From contig NC_057710.1 of the NCBI RefSeq assembly GCF_004010195.1, forward strand, positions 23,330,779-23,394,778: a stretch of DNA of 64,000 bases, given 5' to 3'. The notes under the pieces were generated by a model. The model ran no database searches. It saw only the letters and a program-made list of their open reading frames with translations, and had not been told where the DNA came from. Below are positions 35,101 through 48,785 of the stretch, one piece after another. A program made the translations under genes and the position numbers. Positions within the stretch are counted from its first letter, which is position 1, and the number at the start of each line of letters is the position of its first letter. This DNA comes from Chiloscyllium plagiosum. Lineage: Eukaryota.

Positions 35101-35869
35101 AAACTGAAATCATATATTACAAACGATATTTCTATTCATTGAATTCTGTTTTTAAATTCTCTGTATTTGGATTTTGGAAATTATATTTTTCTCATAACAG
35201 CAAATAACATTACCAAGATTACATTTGCGCTTTGTTAAAACAGGTAAATAGTGCAGTAAAGAAAATAATTGCCATTTATATCATGATTAAATGTATTCTG
35301 AGGTCATTTAAAGTCGTCTTACAAGTTACTTAAATGGTTTGAGGATCATAAGGAGTAGGAGCAATAATAGGGTATTCAGTCTGAGCATTCAGTCCATTTA
35401 CTCTGCAATGTCATTCCATGAGATCATGGCTGATCTGATAATCCTCAACTCAATTTTTCTGTCTTTTATCTATAACCCTTGTCTCCTTCTGAGTTACCCA
35501 TCTCAGTCTTGGATACAGGTAATATAGAGCCTCAGCAGCCCATGGTGGTAAAGAATTTCACAGATATTCACTATTCTGTAAGAGAAAGTACCGTTCTGAG
35601 GAGGAATTCTATCTAGAGCAACTAAGAGAAAGTGTGGACTGCAGATGCTGGAGATTTTGACTATCTAGATCAATACAAACACTACTGATAAAGCATCAAG
35701 CTTTCTGTTTTTCATTAATGTGATGTGAAAATCACTGAATAGACTCACACCAATTGCCCTTGAAGGTGACAGTGAGTCACTTCTTGAGTCACTGCAGTCC
35801 TCTGGATAGGTCAACCAACGGTGATGTTTGAGAATTCCAGGGATTTGATCTAGTGATAGTGCAAGAATG

Positions 35870-38800
35870 GCAATATGGTTCTATGTCAGGATTACAAGAA
35901 ATGGAATAAAACTAAAAGTAAAGGCTTACAAAATTGTGAAAAACAGCACAGATCTTGCCAAATGGGAAAGAGCCACAAAGCAACTTATAAGAACTACTAA
36001 AGGGACAATGTACTGATTCTTATGTCTGCAGGAAATGTCTTTGATTGAAAATCCTATCAGATCGCATGGATTGGTTGGAGCCGCAGTTAGTGGCAACAAT
36101 GAAACTACAGGGGCAAGAGGATGTGATGGATGGCAGTTATAGGAAGAGAGAAAAGCTGTAGATACAGTAAGGTAGATGGGTTAACTCCAGGAGAGGGAAG
36201 CAGGAGGCAGGTTGAGATGTGGCTATCCCCATTTCAAACAAGAATGCTGTTTTCGAAAATGTAGGGTTGATGGATTCTTAGGGGAATGTAGCATGAACAG
36301 CCAAGATTCTGGTACCAAGAATGACTCTAATGTAGTGAGGAGTATGTCAGGTTCCGAGCAATCCATTGTGATAGGGGGCTACCTAGTCAGAGGCACAGAC
36401 AGATGCTTCTGCGGCTGGCAGCAAAAAATCAGAATGGTGTGCTGCTTCCCTGAGGCCAGGATCAAGGATATCTCAGAGGGTGCAGGATGTTCTCAAAGAG
36501 GAGAGGGACCAGCAGGAAGTCATTGTGCACATTGGAACTAATGACATAGGAAGGGAAAAAGATGAGATGTCTTAAAACATAAAGCATAAAAGTGGATAAA
36601 TCCCTAGGATCTGATCAAGTGTACCCTAGAACTCTGTGGGAAGCTAGGGAAGTGATTGCTGGGCCCCTTGCTGAGATATTTATACCATCAATAGTCACAG
36701 GTGAGGTACTTGAAGATTAGAGGTAGGCTAACGTGGTGCCACTGTTTAAGAAGAGTGGTAAGGACAAGCCAGGGAACTATAGACCAGTGAGTCTGACATT
36801 GGTGGTGAGCAAGTTGTTGGAGAGAATCCTGAGGGACAGGATTTACATGTATTTGAAAAGGCAAGGGCTGATTGGGGGTAGACAACATGGCTTTGTGCAT
36901 AGGAAATCATGTCTCACAAACTAGATTGAGTTTTTTTGAAGAAATAACAAAGAGGATTGATGAGGCAGAGCAGTGGATGTGATTCTATGGACTTCAATAA
37001 AACATTTTACTAGGTTCCTCATAGTAGATTGGTTAGCAAGGTTCTAGTTCATGGAGTACAGGCGGAAATAGCCATTTGAATATAGAACTGGCTTGAAGGT
37101 AGAAGACAGAGTGATGAAAAAGGGTTGCCTTTCAGACTGGAGGCCTGTGACCAATGGTGTACCACATGAACGGTGCTGGGTCCAGTGCTTTTTGTCACTT
37201 GTATAAATGGTTCAGATGTGAGCATAGCAGGTATAGTTAGTAAGTTTGCAGATGATGCCAAATTTGGAGGTATAGTGGACAGTGAAGAAGGTTACCTCAG
37301 AGTACTCTAGGATCTTGATCAAATGGGCCAGTGGGCTGAGGAGTGGCAGATGGAGTTTAATTTAGATAAATGTGAAGTGCTACATTTTGAAAAGGCAAAT
37401 CAGCAGGACTTGTACACTTAAAGGTAAGGTCCGGGGAGTGTTGCTGAACAAAGAGACCTTCTGGTTCATAGTCCTTTGAAAGTGGCGTCGCAGGTAGACA
37501 GGATAGTGACGAAGGTGTTTGGTATGCTTTCCTTTATTGGTCAGAGCATTATGTATATAAGGTAAAAACAATAACTGCAGATGCTGGAAACCAGATTCTG
37601 GATCAGTGGTGCTGGAAGAGCACAGTAATTCAGGCAGCATCCAATGAGCAGCGAAATCGACGTTTCAGGCAAATGCCCTTCATCAGGAATAAAGCCTTTA
37701 TTCCTGATGAAGGGCTTTTGCCCGGAACGTCGATTTCGCTGCTCGTTGGATGCTGCCCCATTGTGTATATAAGTTGAGAGGTCATGTTGCAGCTGTATAG
37801 GACATTGGTTACGCCACTTTTGGAATATTGCATGCAATTCTGGTCTCCCTCGTCTCAAAGATGTTGTGAAACTTGAAAGGGTTCAGAAAGAATTTACAAG
37901 GATGTTGCCAGGGTTGGAGGATTTGAGGTACAGGGAGAGGCTGTATAATATGGGGCTGTTTTCCCTGGAACATTGGAGGCTGAGGGGTAATCTATTAGAG
38001 ATTTATAAAATCTTGAGGGGAATGGATAGGGTAAATAAACAATGTATTTTCCCTGGGGTGGGGGAGTCCAAAACTAGAGGGTTTAGAGTAAAATATAAAA
38101 GGGACCTATGGGCAATTTTTTTCATGCGGAGGGTGGTGTGTGTATAGCACGAGTTGCTAGAGGAAGTGGTGGATTACGACATTTAAAATGCATCTGGATG
38201 GGTATACAAATAGGAAGGGTTTAGAGCGATTTGGGCCAAATGCTGGCAAATGGGACTATATTAGTTTAGGATATCTGGTCAGCATGGACAAGTTGGACTG
38301 TTTCTGTGCGGTACATCTCTATGACTGTATGACTCCATGAAAGGAAACTTGCAAGAAACATCAAATTCAACAGGAAGATATTTTATAGTTATATAAAATG
38401 GAAAGCAGGTGGTCAGAAGCAATGTTGGGCTTGAACCTGGGTGTTTTCAATGGCTATTGGGAAATGGCAAACATGTTGAGAAATTACTTTGCCTCAGTAT
38501 TTACAGTAGAGAAACTGTAAATTAACAATGGATCGGGGACAGAGACTTAATAAAATTTACACATATGAACATTGATAATGCAAACGTTAAAATAAATAAA
38601 AAGTGATCTAAGGGCCCAGGACTTAAAGATTTCCATCTAATGGTGTTAAAGAGGTAGGGGAGCATGTTGTAGTTGTCCTAACTATCATCATTCAGAGTTC
38701 CTTAGGTTTTGTCCCTCTGGTATGGAAAATTGCACATGTCACTGTACTTTTTAAGAAGAATGTAAGCGTGGAATTACAGGCCAGTTAGCCTAACACCTGG

Positions 38801-41800
38801 TGGTTAAATTGTTGGAGTCCGAATCGGGGAAGAGGGAACTGAACACATCTCAAGTTTTCAGTTAATCAGGAAGAACTCTGATAGATTCATGACAGGTAGG
38901 TCTTGCCTGTGTAGTCTCATTGATTTTGTTTCGGAGAGGTGAATAAAGTAGTGGACTGGAGAATTCTGTGAATGTTATTTATTTGGACTTCTGGAAGGCA
39001 TTTGCTAATGTCCCATTTAAGACGTGGTTCACTTGAAGTCTGAAGAATTGAGGGCAAATTGCTGCTAAAGCTGACTGAGTGGCAGGCAACATAATGGGTA
39101 GGTACTCAAATTGGCAGGATGTGATTTGCAGTGTTCCACAAGGATCTGCACTAGGGCCTCAATTATTCACATTATTTATTAATAACTTTGGATAATGGCT
39201 TAGAAGTCATATATCCATTTACTAATAGTACAAAGTTATGTGACATAATAGGCATAAAGTTACAAAGGGATGTTGATTGACTAGGTGAATAGGCAAAAGT
39301 GGCGGATGGAGTTCAAAGAAGCAAGTGTGATGTTATCCATTTTAAACTGAGTTCGGATGGATTAGGTATTTATTAATGGGTGTTGTTATCTGGGCGAGGA
39401 GATCTGGGCACCATACTTTAGAAAGGATATATTGACCTTGGAGGGAGTACTGCTAGATACCTGGATTGCACAGGCTAATTTATGAGGAGAGATTAATTTG
39501 TTAAATACAGTGGGTGTCCAAAGAAATTTGGGTATTCAGGTACATAGATCTTTAAACTGTCATAGACAGATGGGGTGGCCGGGTGGTTAAAGCAGTTAGC
39601 ACTGCTGCATCACAGCACCAGGGTCCCAGGTTCAATTCCAGCCTCAGGTGACTGTCTGAGTGGAGTTTGCACATTCTCCCCATGTCTGCATGATCTCCCA
39701 CAGTCCAAAGATGTGCAGGTCAGGTGAATTGGCCATGCTAAATTGCCCACAGTGTTAGGTACATTAGTCAGGGGGAAATTGGTCTGGGTGGGTTGCTCTT
39801 TGAAGGGTCGGTATGGACTTGTTGGGCCAAAGGGCCTGTTTCCACACTAGGAAATCTAATCAGATGCAGAAAACAATCAAGAAAGATAATGGAATGCTAA
39901 TCTTTCTATCTTGAGGACTGGAGTAAAAGGATATGTAAGTTATGCTGCATCTATACAAAACCCTTGATATGCCCCATTTAGAGAACTGTAAGGAGATCTG
40001 GGCACCATACATTAGAAAGGATATATTGACCCTGGAGGGAGTACCGTTAGATACCTGGATTTTGCAAGGATAATTTATGAGGAGGCATTACTTACATTAT
40101 CCCTGCTTTCTCTAGAATTTAGAAGGTGTAGGAGTAATCTGATTAAAGTCTTTAAGATATTAATAGGAAAAGACAGGGTGAATGAAGATAAATTATTTCC
40201 ACTGGCCGGGGATTCCAGAACTAAATGGGCACAGTCAGAGAGCTAGGCTGACACCATTCAGGAGAGATTTTGGGAAGCACTTCTATACTCAAAGGCTAGT
40301 GGATGTTTGTAACTCTCTTCCACACATAACAATGGATGCTAGATCTGTTGATCATTTAAAATCAGATATTGATAAATTTTTGTTTAGCAACGATGTTAAG
40401 GGATATGGCCAAAGGCCGCGAAATTGTATTAGGCCACATTAAAACATAGTCTGTGTAGAGTACAACTCTTACCTTTTGCCCTTTCTGCAGTAACTCTCTC
40501 AAAACCTTTTTTGTTGATATCACCAAATCTTTCCCGATAATGATTTAACGGGCTTGGATGATTTAAACTCACCTTATTAAAGCTAAAAAATGACACGTTC
40601 TTGCAATCTGACTCAGTGAAATAGAAAATAGATAAACAGGAGTTTGTGGCATTTTTCTTGTGTCTCTAAAACACTAACATGTTACCTTTATCAATCAGAG
40701 CATGGTTTTATGATGGGAAAATCATGTTGGACTAATTTAGAACATAAGAACATAAGCACCAGGAGCAGGAATAGGCCATCTGGTCCTTCGAGTCTGCTTT
40801 GCCATTCAATAAGATCATGGTTGATCTTTCCCGTGGCCTCAGCTCCACTTACCCCGCCCTCTCACCATAACCCTTAATTCTTTCACTGTTAAAAATATTA
40901 TCTACCTTAGCTTTTAAAACATTTAATGAGGAAGCCTCAACTACTTCACTGAGCAAGGAATTCCATAGATTCACAACCTTCTGGGTGAAGAAGTTCCTTC
41001 TCCATTCAGTCCTAAATCTGCTCCCCCTAATTTTGAGGCTATGCCCTCTTGTCCTAGCTTCACCTGCCCATGGAAACATCCTGGTAAAAACAATGACTGC
41101 AGATGCTGGAAACCAGATTCTGGATTAGTGGTGCTGGAAGAGCACAGCAATTCAGGCAGCCTGGATTAGTGGTGCTGGATGGAAACATCCTCTCTACTTC
41201 TATCTTATCTATTCCCTTCGTAATTTGATATGTTTCTATAACATTCCCCTCTCATTCTTCTGAATTCCAATGAATATAATCCCAGTCCACTCCATGTCTC
41301 CTCCTAAACCAATCCCCTCAACTCTGGAATCAACCTGGTGAACCTCCTCTGCACCCCGTCCAGTGCCAGTACATCCTTTCTCAAGTAAGGAGATTAAAAC
41401 TGTACACAGTATTCCAGACATGGCCTCACCAGCACTCCATACAGCTGCAACATAACCTCCCTGCTTTTCAACTCAATCCCTTTAGCAATGAAGGACAAAA
41501 TTCTATTTGTCTTCTTAATTACCTGTTGCACCTGCAGACCAACCTTCTGTGATTCATGCACAAGGACACCCAGGTCCCTCCGCACAGCAGCGTGCTGCAG
41601 TTTTTTACCATTCAAATAATAGCTCTTTGAAGATGTAACAAGCAGAGTTGATAGTGGGGATACTGTAAATGTAATATATCTGTACTTCCAGAAGGCATTT
41701 GGTAAGGTGCCACACAAAAAAGTTAATTCACAAGGTTGGATCATGTGTAATTTATTAACTTGGCTGATGGACAGAAGACAAGGAGTCAGAATTAATGTGT

Positions 41801-42850
41801 TTTTTCTGGATGGCAAGATGTAACTAGGTGGGGATCACAGAGTTCGACCCTCTGACTCCAGCTGTTTACAATCTACATTTACAACTTGGATACAGGGCTC
41901 GAAGGCTCAATAGCCACATTTGACAACTCAAAAATAGGTGGGACAGTGAATTGCAGTGTAGAATGGGCCAAAATGTGGCGGATGGAGTTTAACATGGATA
42001 AGTGTGAGGTCATGCATTTTGGTCTAAAAAATGGTAAGACAACCAATTATCTAAATGGGAAGAGACTCCGGGGTGCTCCGGTGCAGAGAGATCTAGGTGT
42101 CCACATTCATGAGTCACTGAAAACTAGCATGCAGGTACAGCAGATAATGAAGAAAGCAAATGGAGCGTGGGCCTTTTATAGCTAAAGGAATAGAAGTAAG
42201 GAAGTACTGATGCAAATGAATAAGGCATTGGTGAAACTGTACCTGGAGTATTGTGCACAGTTTTGGTCCCCTTATTTGAGGAAAGATGTAGTGTCAGTGG
42301 TGGTAGTTCAGAGGAGGTTCACTAGACTGATCCCAGATATGAGAGGTTTCTCTTATGAAAAGAGATTGAACATTTAGGGTGTAGGTTTGCTCGCTGAGCT
42401 GTAGGTTTGATTCACAAACCTTGCAAGAGATTGAACAATTTAGGCTTACACTCTCTGGAATTTATAAGAATGAGTGGATATTAAATTGAGGTATTCAAGA
42501 TGATAAAAGGTATGGATAAAATAGACTCGTTGCGGATGCTTCCTCTTGTGTAGCATTCGAAGACAAGAGGTCTTAAGATAAGAGGTACGAAAATTTAAAA
42601 CAGAGCTGAGCAGAATTTTCTTCTCCCAAGTGGTTGTGAAACTGTGGAATTCACTATTCCAAAGTGCTGTGGATGCTGGGACAGCGAGTACATTTATGGA
42701 GGAGTTAGACAGATTTTTAATTGATAAAGGGTTGAAGGGTTATGGAGAGAAGGCAGGAAAATGAGAATGAAGAGTGTATCAACCATGATTGAATGACGGA
42801 GTAAACTCGATAGGCTGAATGGCCTAATTCTGCTCCTATATCTTGTGAAC
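35870..42850 (+). mobile_element. Large nested CR1 LINE cluster (mostly +, with a minus copy at about 40740-41620)
   Basis: ORF1 esterase-like remnant (VCCFPEARIKDISE), ORF2 PGNYRPVSLT, QHGFV..KSCLTN, KFADD, several 3' ends. Confidence 0.85.
39571..39861 (+). mobile_element. HE1-type SINE
   Basis: B box ggttcaattcc, central domain, tail. Confidence 0.85.
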
Positions 42851-43927
42851 TTTATTCTGTTTTCAATCCTGGGTGTTTTCCTTGTCAATTGAAGCTAATG
42901 AGAGTCCCATAATATAATTAAAATCTATATCGCTTACAGTTAAAGTGGAATAATATAACATTAAATTAATCTATAAATATACTGTGTGTGATCATAACTA
43001 AACTAAAAGGTAAAAGGAAAGTCACCAGAGCCGTACTGCAGCAGAGGGTTTCTGTGTGATTGGAGTGAGACAAATGATGGTGGTTTAACCTGAGGGTCGC
43101 CACACACCCTCAGCCTAGGGTGAGGTTCATAGGAGTATTTCATGATTACCTCAACTGGTGTGGGAATTGAACGAAATTAAGTGAAAGATTGTTTAAATAG
43201 AAATAAAGTGCAAGGTTTATAAACAAAGCCATAGTGTATAAAGGCAAATCATTGGTCAGACTGCATTGGGAGTATTGTGTTCAGTTCTGGGCACCTTATA
43301 TCAGGAAGGATATTGAAGCCCTAGAGAGAGTGCAAAGGAAATTTACTAGAATGATACTAGAATGAGGGATTTTAGGTACAACGAAAGCTTAGAAAAGTTG
43401 GGATTATTTTCCTGTGAACAGAGAAGATTAAAAGGTAGCTGGGTAGCTCTTTTGGGAGCTAGTACAGACACAATGGGCCAAATGGCCTCATTCTGCACTG
43501 TAAATATTTTTAATCAGATGACGACAGGAGACTGGCATGAAGTAAAAATGTTCAGAAAGCTGATGCAGGCATAATGGCTGATTGCCTGTTACAATTCGTA
43601 CACCATTACAATTTTTAAAAAATCATTCACGAGATGTGGATATCATTGGCCAGCAGTTGTTGCCCATCCCTAATTGGGCAGTTAAGGGTTAACCACAGTT
43701 AAGGGTTGACCATGCAGGCCAACCAAGTAAGGATGGTCCCTAAAGAGCTTCAGTGAATCAGATGTTTTTTAAACTTATGACAATGGTTACATTCTCTTCA
43801 TTACACCAACACTGTTACTTCCCTGGTGGGATTTGACCCCAAGTCTTCAGACCATTGGTCATGGTTTACTGATTTGCTACTCCAGGGATACCACCACCTC
43901 ACCATACGAATGCTGTGATTCTATCTT

Positions 43928-44233
43928 ATTAGATTAGTTACAGTGTGGAAACAGGCCCTTCGGCCCAACAAGTACACACCGACGCGTAACCCACCCAGAA
44001 CCATTCTCCTATATTTACCCCTTCACTTAACACTACGGGCAATTTAGCTTAGCCAATTCACCTAACCTGCACAACTTTGGACTGTGGGAGGAAACTGGAG
44101 CCTCCGGAGGAAACCTACACAGACACAGGGAGAACATGCAAACTCCACACAGTCAGTCACCTGAGGCGGGAATTGAACGCGGGTCTCTGGCGCTGTGAGA
44201 CTGCAGTGCTAACCACTGTGCCACCGTGCCGCC
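43928..44233 (-). mobile_element. HE1-type SINE, full length
   Basis: Reverse complement of the 44668 family; short TSD ctatctt. Confidence 0.9.
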
Positions 44234-44667
44234 TGCTATCTTGAAACATGCCCTGACATTGCTTCTGTTAAAGCTTAACAGAGAAGGTAATATATAGTTC
44301 TGGAATTACAGCTACTTGAATTTAAAAATTCAGTTAATTAATTAATTTGATGAATTATTTTGGAATATGGCCTCAGTAATGATGAGCACGACAGCTTTAT
44401 ATGAAAAAGTCTGTTCCACTACCACCCTTTATGGAAGGAAATCTGTCGTTCTTACATGTACCAACAGACCCCTAGATGTGTCAACCAGTTGTAAACTCCT
44501 AACTGCCCTCTTCAATGTCCTAGCAAACTTCTCAGTTCAAGGACAGTTATGATAACAAATACCCACATTTCATTAGAGAGTAAAACTAATTTACACTGCC
44601 TAAAATTAAGTTGACGATCTTCTTTAATCAAATTGCAGAGGCAGGTTGTTCAGAAGTCACAAGTCGT

Positions 44668-44979
44668 GGGCGGCACGGTGGCACAGTGGTTAGCACTACT
44701 GCCTCACAGCGCCAGAGACCTGGGTTCAATTCCCGCCTCAGGCGACTGACTGTGTGGAGTTTGCACGTTCTCCCCGTGTCTGCGTGGGTTTCCTCCGGGT
44801 GCTCCGGTTTCCTCCCACAGTCCAAAGATGTGCAGGTCAGGTGAATTGGCCATGCTAAATTGCCCATAGTATTAGGTAAGGGGTAAATGTAGGGGAATGG
44901 GTGGGTTGCGCTTCGGCGGGGCGGTGTGGACTTGTTGGGCCGAAGGGCCTGTTTCCACACTGTAAGTAATCTAATCTAA
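44668..44979 (+). mobile_element. HE1-type SINE, young full-length copy
   Basis: A box tggcacagtgg, B box ggttcaattcc, CpGs intact, (taatc)n tail. Confidence 0.93.
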
Positions 44980-45623
44980 TTGAAGTTTCCTCATCGTTTA
45001 ATTATCTTACTTGGCTTGTCTCTTCTTTCAAAGATATGCACTGTTCCTCTGATAGTCTATTTGCACATTTATAATCATCATTTTACTCAACCCCCACCAC
45101 ACTTCATTTGCTCCACAGCCTCCAAGATATCTGTATTACTCTAATTCCAGCCTCTTGTGCAGCCCAATTTTAAATTCTGCAACATTGATAGCCAGGCCTT
45201 CAATACGAACATATGAACAACAGAGAAGAGGTCACTCTGCCTTCTAGGCTACTCTACCACTCAATAATTTAATGGTTGATCTGATTTTAACCTCAACTCT
45301 CCATTCTTGCATATCTCCAATAATCTTTCATTCCCTTGGTAACCAAGAATCTATCTACCTCTGGCTTAAAAATATTTAAAGTTCTGAAACACTGCCTTTT
45401 GAGAAACAGGATTCCAAAGACTCATTCTGAGGAAGCTCAATTCTGAGGAAGGATCGCTGGACCTGAAATGTTAACTCTGATTTCTCTCCACAGATGCCAG
45501 ACCTGCTGAGCTTTTCCAGCAATTTCTGTTTTCATTCTGTTTTCAGTTTCATGCTGTGGAACTGAAAACAGCATCCACAGTTTTTTCAGTTTTTATTTTT
45601 CCCATGACTCATAATTCTCTGAC

Positions 45624-45654
<31 letters not shown>

Positions 45655-46713
45655 CCTCTGTTTAAATGGGAAATTGCTTATATACCTGGAATCCTGATGA
45701 GCTTATGTCCAAAACCGTGACTCTCTTGCTTCTCAGATGCTGCCTGACTGGCTGTGCCTTTTCCAGCATCGCACTTCATCGACTCTGACTCTCCACCCTC
45801 TGCAGTCCTCACTATCTCCTAAATTCCTTGTTTTCCTAGTTTGACCCCCATTTCTGGATTCTCCCATAAGATGAACATCCTTTCAATATCCAGCCAGTTA
45901 AATCACCTATGATTCTTCTAAACTGTAGAGAATAAAGGCCCACCATGTCTAGCCTTTCTGCACAAGGCAACCCGTTTATTCCTGATACTAGATCTAATAA
46001 ACTTTCTCTGAACTGCTTCCAATGCTTTAACACCCTTCCACAAGTATGGTGATTAGTACTGTACACAGTACTCCATAGGTGGTCTCACAAATGCCCTGTA
46101 TAACTGATGCAGCTACAGCAAGCAGTTGAAGAAAGAACAAAGAAAATTTACAGCCCAGGAACAGACCCTTCAGCCCTCCAAGCCTGAGCCGATCCAAATC
46201 TACTGTCTAAACCTGTCACCCAATTCCTAAGCATCTGCATCCCTCTGCTCCACACCTACTCATGCATCTGTACAGACGCATCTTAAATGAATCTACTATT
46301 CCTGCCTCTACCACCTCTGCTGGCAACGCGTTCCAAATGCCCACTACCTGCTGTGTAAAGTACTTGCCACGTGTATCCCCCTTAAACATTTCACCCCTCA
46401 CCTCGAAACCATGACCTCTCATTATTTAACAGCTTATCTCTGTCTACCCTGTCTATACCCTTCATGATTTTGTAGACTTCAATCAGATCCCCCCTCAATC
46501 TCCTTTTTTCTAATGAAAACAAACTTAACCTACTCAACCTCTGTCATAGCTAGCACCTTCCATACCAGGCAACATCCTCATAAACCTTCTCTGCACCCTC
46601 TCCAAAGCATTCACTTCCTTTTGGTAATGTGTACAGGACTGTACACAGAATTCTAAATGCGGCCGAACCAACATCATGTACAATTTTAACATGACCTGCC
46701 AGCTCTTATGCTC

Positions 46714-47617
46714 ACCCTGCCCCCTGTAAAAACGCCATCCCATTCTCCCAATTCCTTCGACTCCGCCGCATCTGCTCCCAGGAGGACCAGTTCCAAAAAC
46801 GTACAACCCAGATGGCCTCCTTCTTCAAGGACCGCAATTTCCCCCTGACGTGGTCGACGATGCCCTCCATCGCATCTCTTCCACTTCCCGCTCCTCCGCC
46901 CTTGAACCCCGCCCCTCCAACCGCCACCAGGACAAAACCCCACTGGTCCTCACCTACCACCCCACCAATCCCCATGTACAGCGCACCATCCGCCGTCATT
47001 TCCGCNNNNNNNNNNNNNNNNNNNNNNNNNNNNNNNNNNNNNNNNNNNNNNNNNNNNNNNNNNNNNNNNNNNNNNNNNNNNNNNNNNNNNNNNNNNNNNN
47101 NNNNNNNNNNNNNNNNNNNNNNNNNNNNNNNNNNNNNNNNNNNNNNNNNNNNNNNNNNNNNNNNNNNNNNNNNNNNNNNNNNNNNNNNNNNNNNNNNNNN
47201 NNNNNNNNNNNNNNNNNNNNNNNNNNNNNNNNNNNNNNNNNNNNNNNNNNNNNNNNNNNNNNNNNNNNNNNNNNNNNNNNNNNNNNNNNNNNNNNNNNNN
47301 NNNNNNNNNNNNNNNNNNNNNNNNNNNNNNNNNNNNNNNNNNNNNNNNNNNNNNNNNNNNNNNNNNNNNNNNNNNNNNNNNNNNNNNNNNNNNNNNNNNN
47401 NNNNNNNNNNNNNNNNNNNNNNNNNNNNNNNNNNNNNNNNNNNNNNNNNNNNNNNNNNGGAGGCCACATCGGGTGCAGAGGATGCAATAGATGATGTGTG
47501 TGGAGGTGTGGACAAACTTTCCTCATTCCTGAAGAAGGGCTTATGCCCGAAACGTCGATTCTCCTGTTCCCTGGATGCTGCCTGACCTGCTGCGCTTTTC
47601 CAGCAACACATTTTCAG
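46714..47617 (+). mobile_element. Penelope-like element (RT C-terminus, gap, inverted piece, hammerhead terminus)
   Basis: HPAPCKNAIPFSQFLRLRRICS and PLVLTYHP motifs; core CTGAAGA-a-gggc(ttat)gccc-GAAA-cgtc at 47529-47556; TSD cttatgctca. Confidence 0.85.
47006..47458. other. Assembly gap (N run)
   Basis: Run of n. Confidence 1.
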
Positions 47618-48785
47618 CTTATGCTCAATACCCTGTCTAATGAAGGCAAGCATACCATAGCCTTTTTAACCACTCTATCCACCTGTGCAGCAACCTTCAG
47701 TGTACAATGGACCTGAACTCTCAGATCTCTCTGCTCATCAACCTTTCCCAAGGCTCTTCCATTTATTGTATCCTCCCTACTTTTTCAATCGCACTGGCAA
47801 TAAAACATAGCATTCTATCAACTTTCACAACTGCTTGCTGTAGCTGCATCATTACCTTCTGTAATTCATAAACCAGGACACCCAGTTCTCTCTGCATCTC
47901 GGAGCTCTACAACCTCTCATTATTTAGATAATTTACTTTTTTTTATTCACAATTGACAATTTCACTCTTTCTCACATTGGACTCTATTTCAATTGTCAAG
48001 GTCCCAAACGCTCTCCTTGCTTTCCTCTTTCCTATCAACACGCCTCGTTGCCCAAGGTTTAGGTGATCTGATCTAACTTTGTTTGTGTAGTACTTTGTTT
48101 TATAATGCTTCAAGAAACACGTTAGGAAATGTTAGTATATTAAAGGTGCTATTAATTTACCTGTTTGTTAGCATTGAAATATGGTTTACTATATTACCAT
48201 GTTTTACATATTTTGTGTTGACATTTATTCTAGGTAATAAACACATCATCTCAAGACCAATAACTGGAGGAAAGATTGGAATGTTATTTCAACCAATTTT
48301 GAACTTGTGAAAGTCGTAGTCAGAACTTTATATTGTTAAATGCAGTCTCATCTACATTTCACCCTGCTTTATCATTGCTGTTAAATTTCTTTTGGTTATG
48401 AAAACTGGGATGAAACTTGCACTCAATGTACGCATGCATGAGCCATTACCTCCTCAGAGATTACATGACCATGGAAGTGAGGGGTAAGTTGGGGGTAGAA
48501 TACAAAGAAGTTTTTAGCTAGCCATGATATTTTGGAGACTGTGGTGTGTGGGTCAGCTGTGATTTTCCTGCCTGTGACATTGTCAAAATTCTCTTCAGAT
48601 TAATGTTACTATGATGGATGAAAAGTATTGTCTCCCTGCAATGTTCTCCTTGTGTTTACTGTTCAATAATGTTCACTATGCTTATTCCATTTGCTGCTTG
48701 TATCATACAGAAAGTGTAAAATGTTTACTTTGCAGCTGCAATAAACAGTAATTATGTGTTCTAAAATTACAACAATTTAAAGAGT

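Larger units (their letters stand above)
45200..48000 (-). mobile_element. Nested CR1 fragments
   Basis: LVRPHLEFCVQ, FTQQVVGIWNALPAEVVEA. Confidence 0.8.

Noticed and set aside
44668-44745. tRNA gene
   Set aside because: tRNA-derived SINE head continuing into the HE1 body and tail; seven copies in the window
46712-47653. Long ORFs of 176-313 aa
   Set aside because: Artefacts of translating through the N gap
48256-48310. CD8A-like last exon RPITGGKIG...
   Set aside because: Would need a weak AAG acceptor without a pyrimidine tract; the stronger acceptor 22 nt upstream gives an immediate stop
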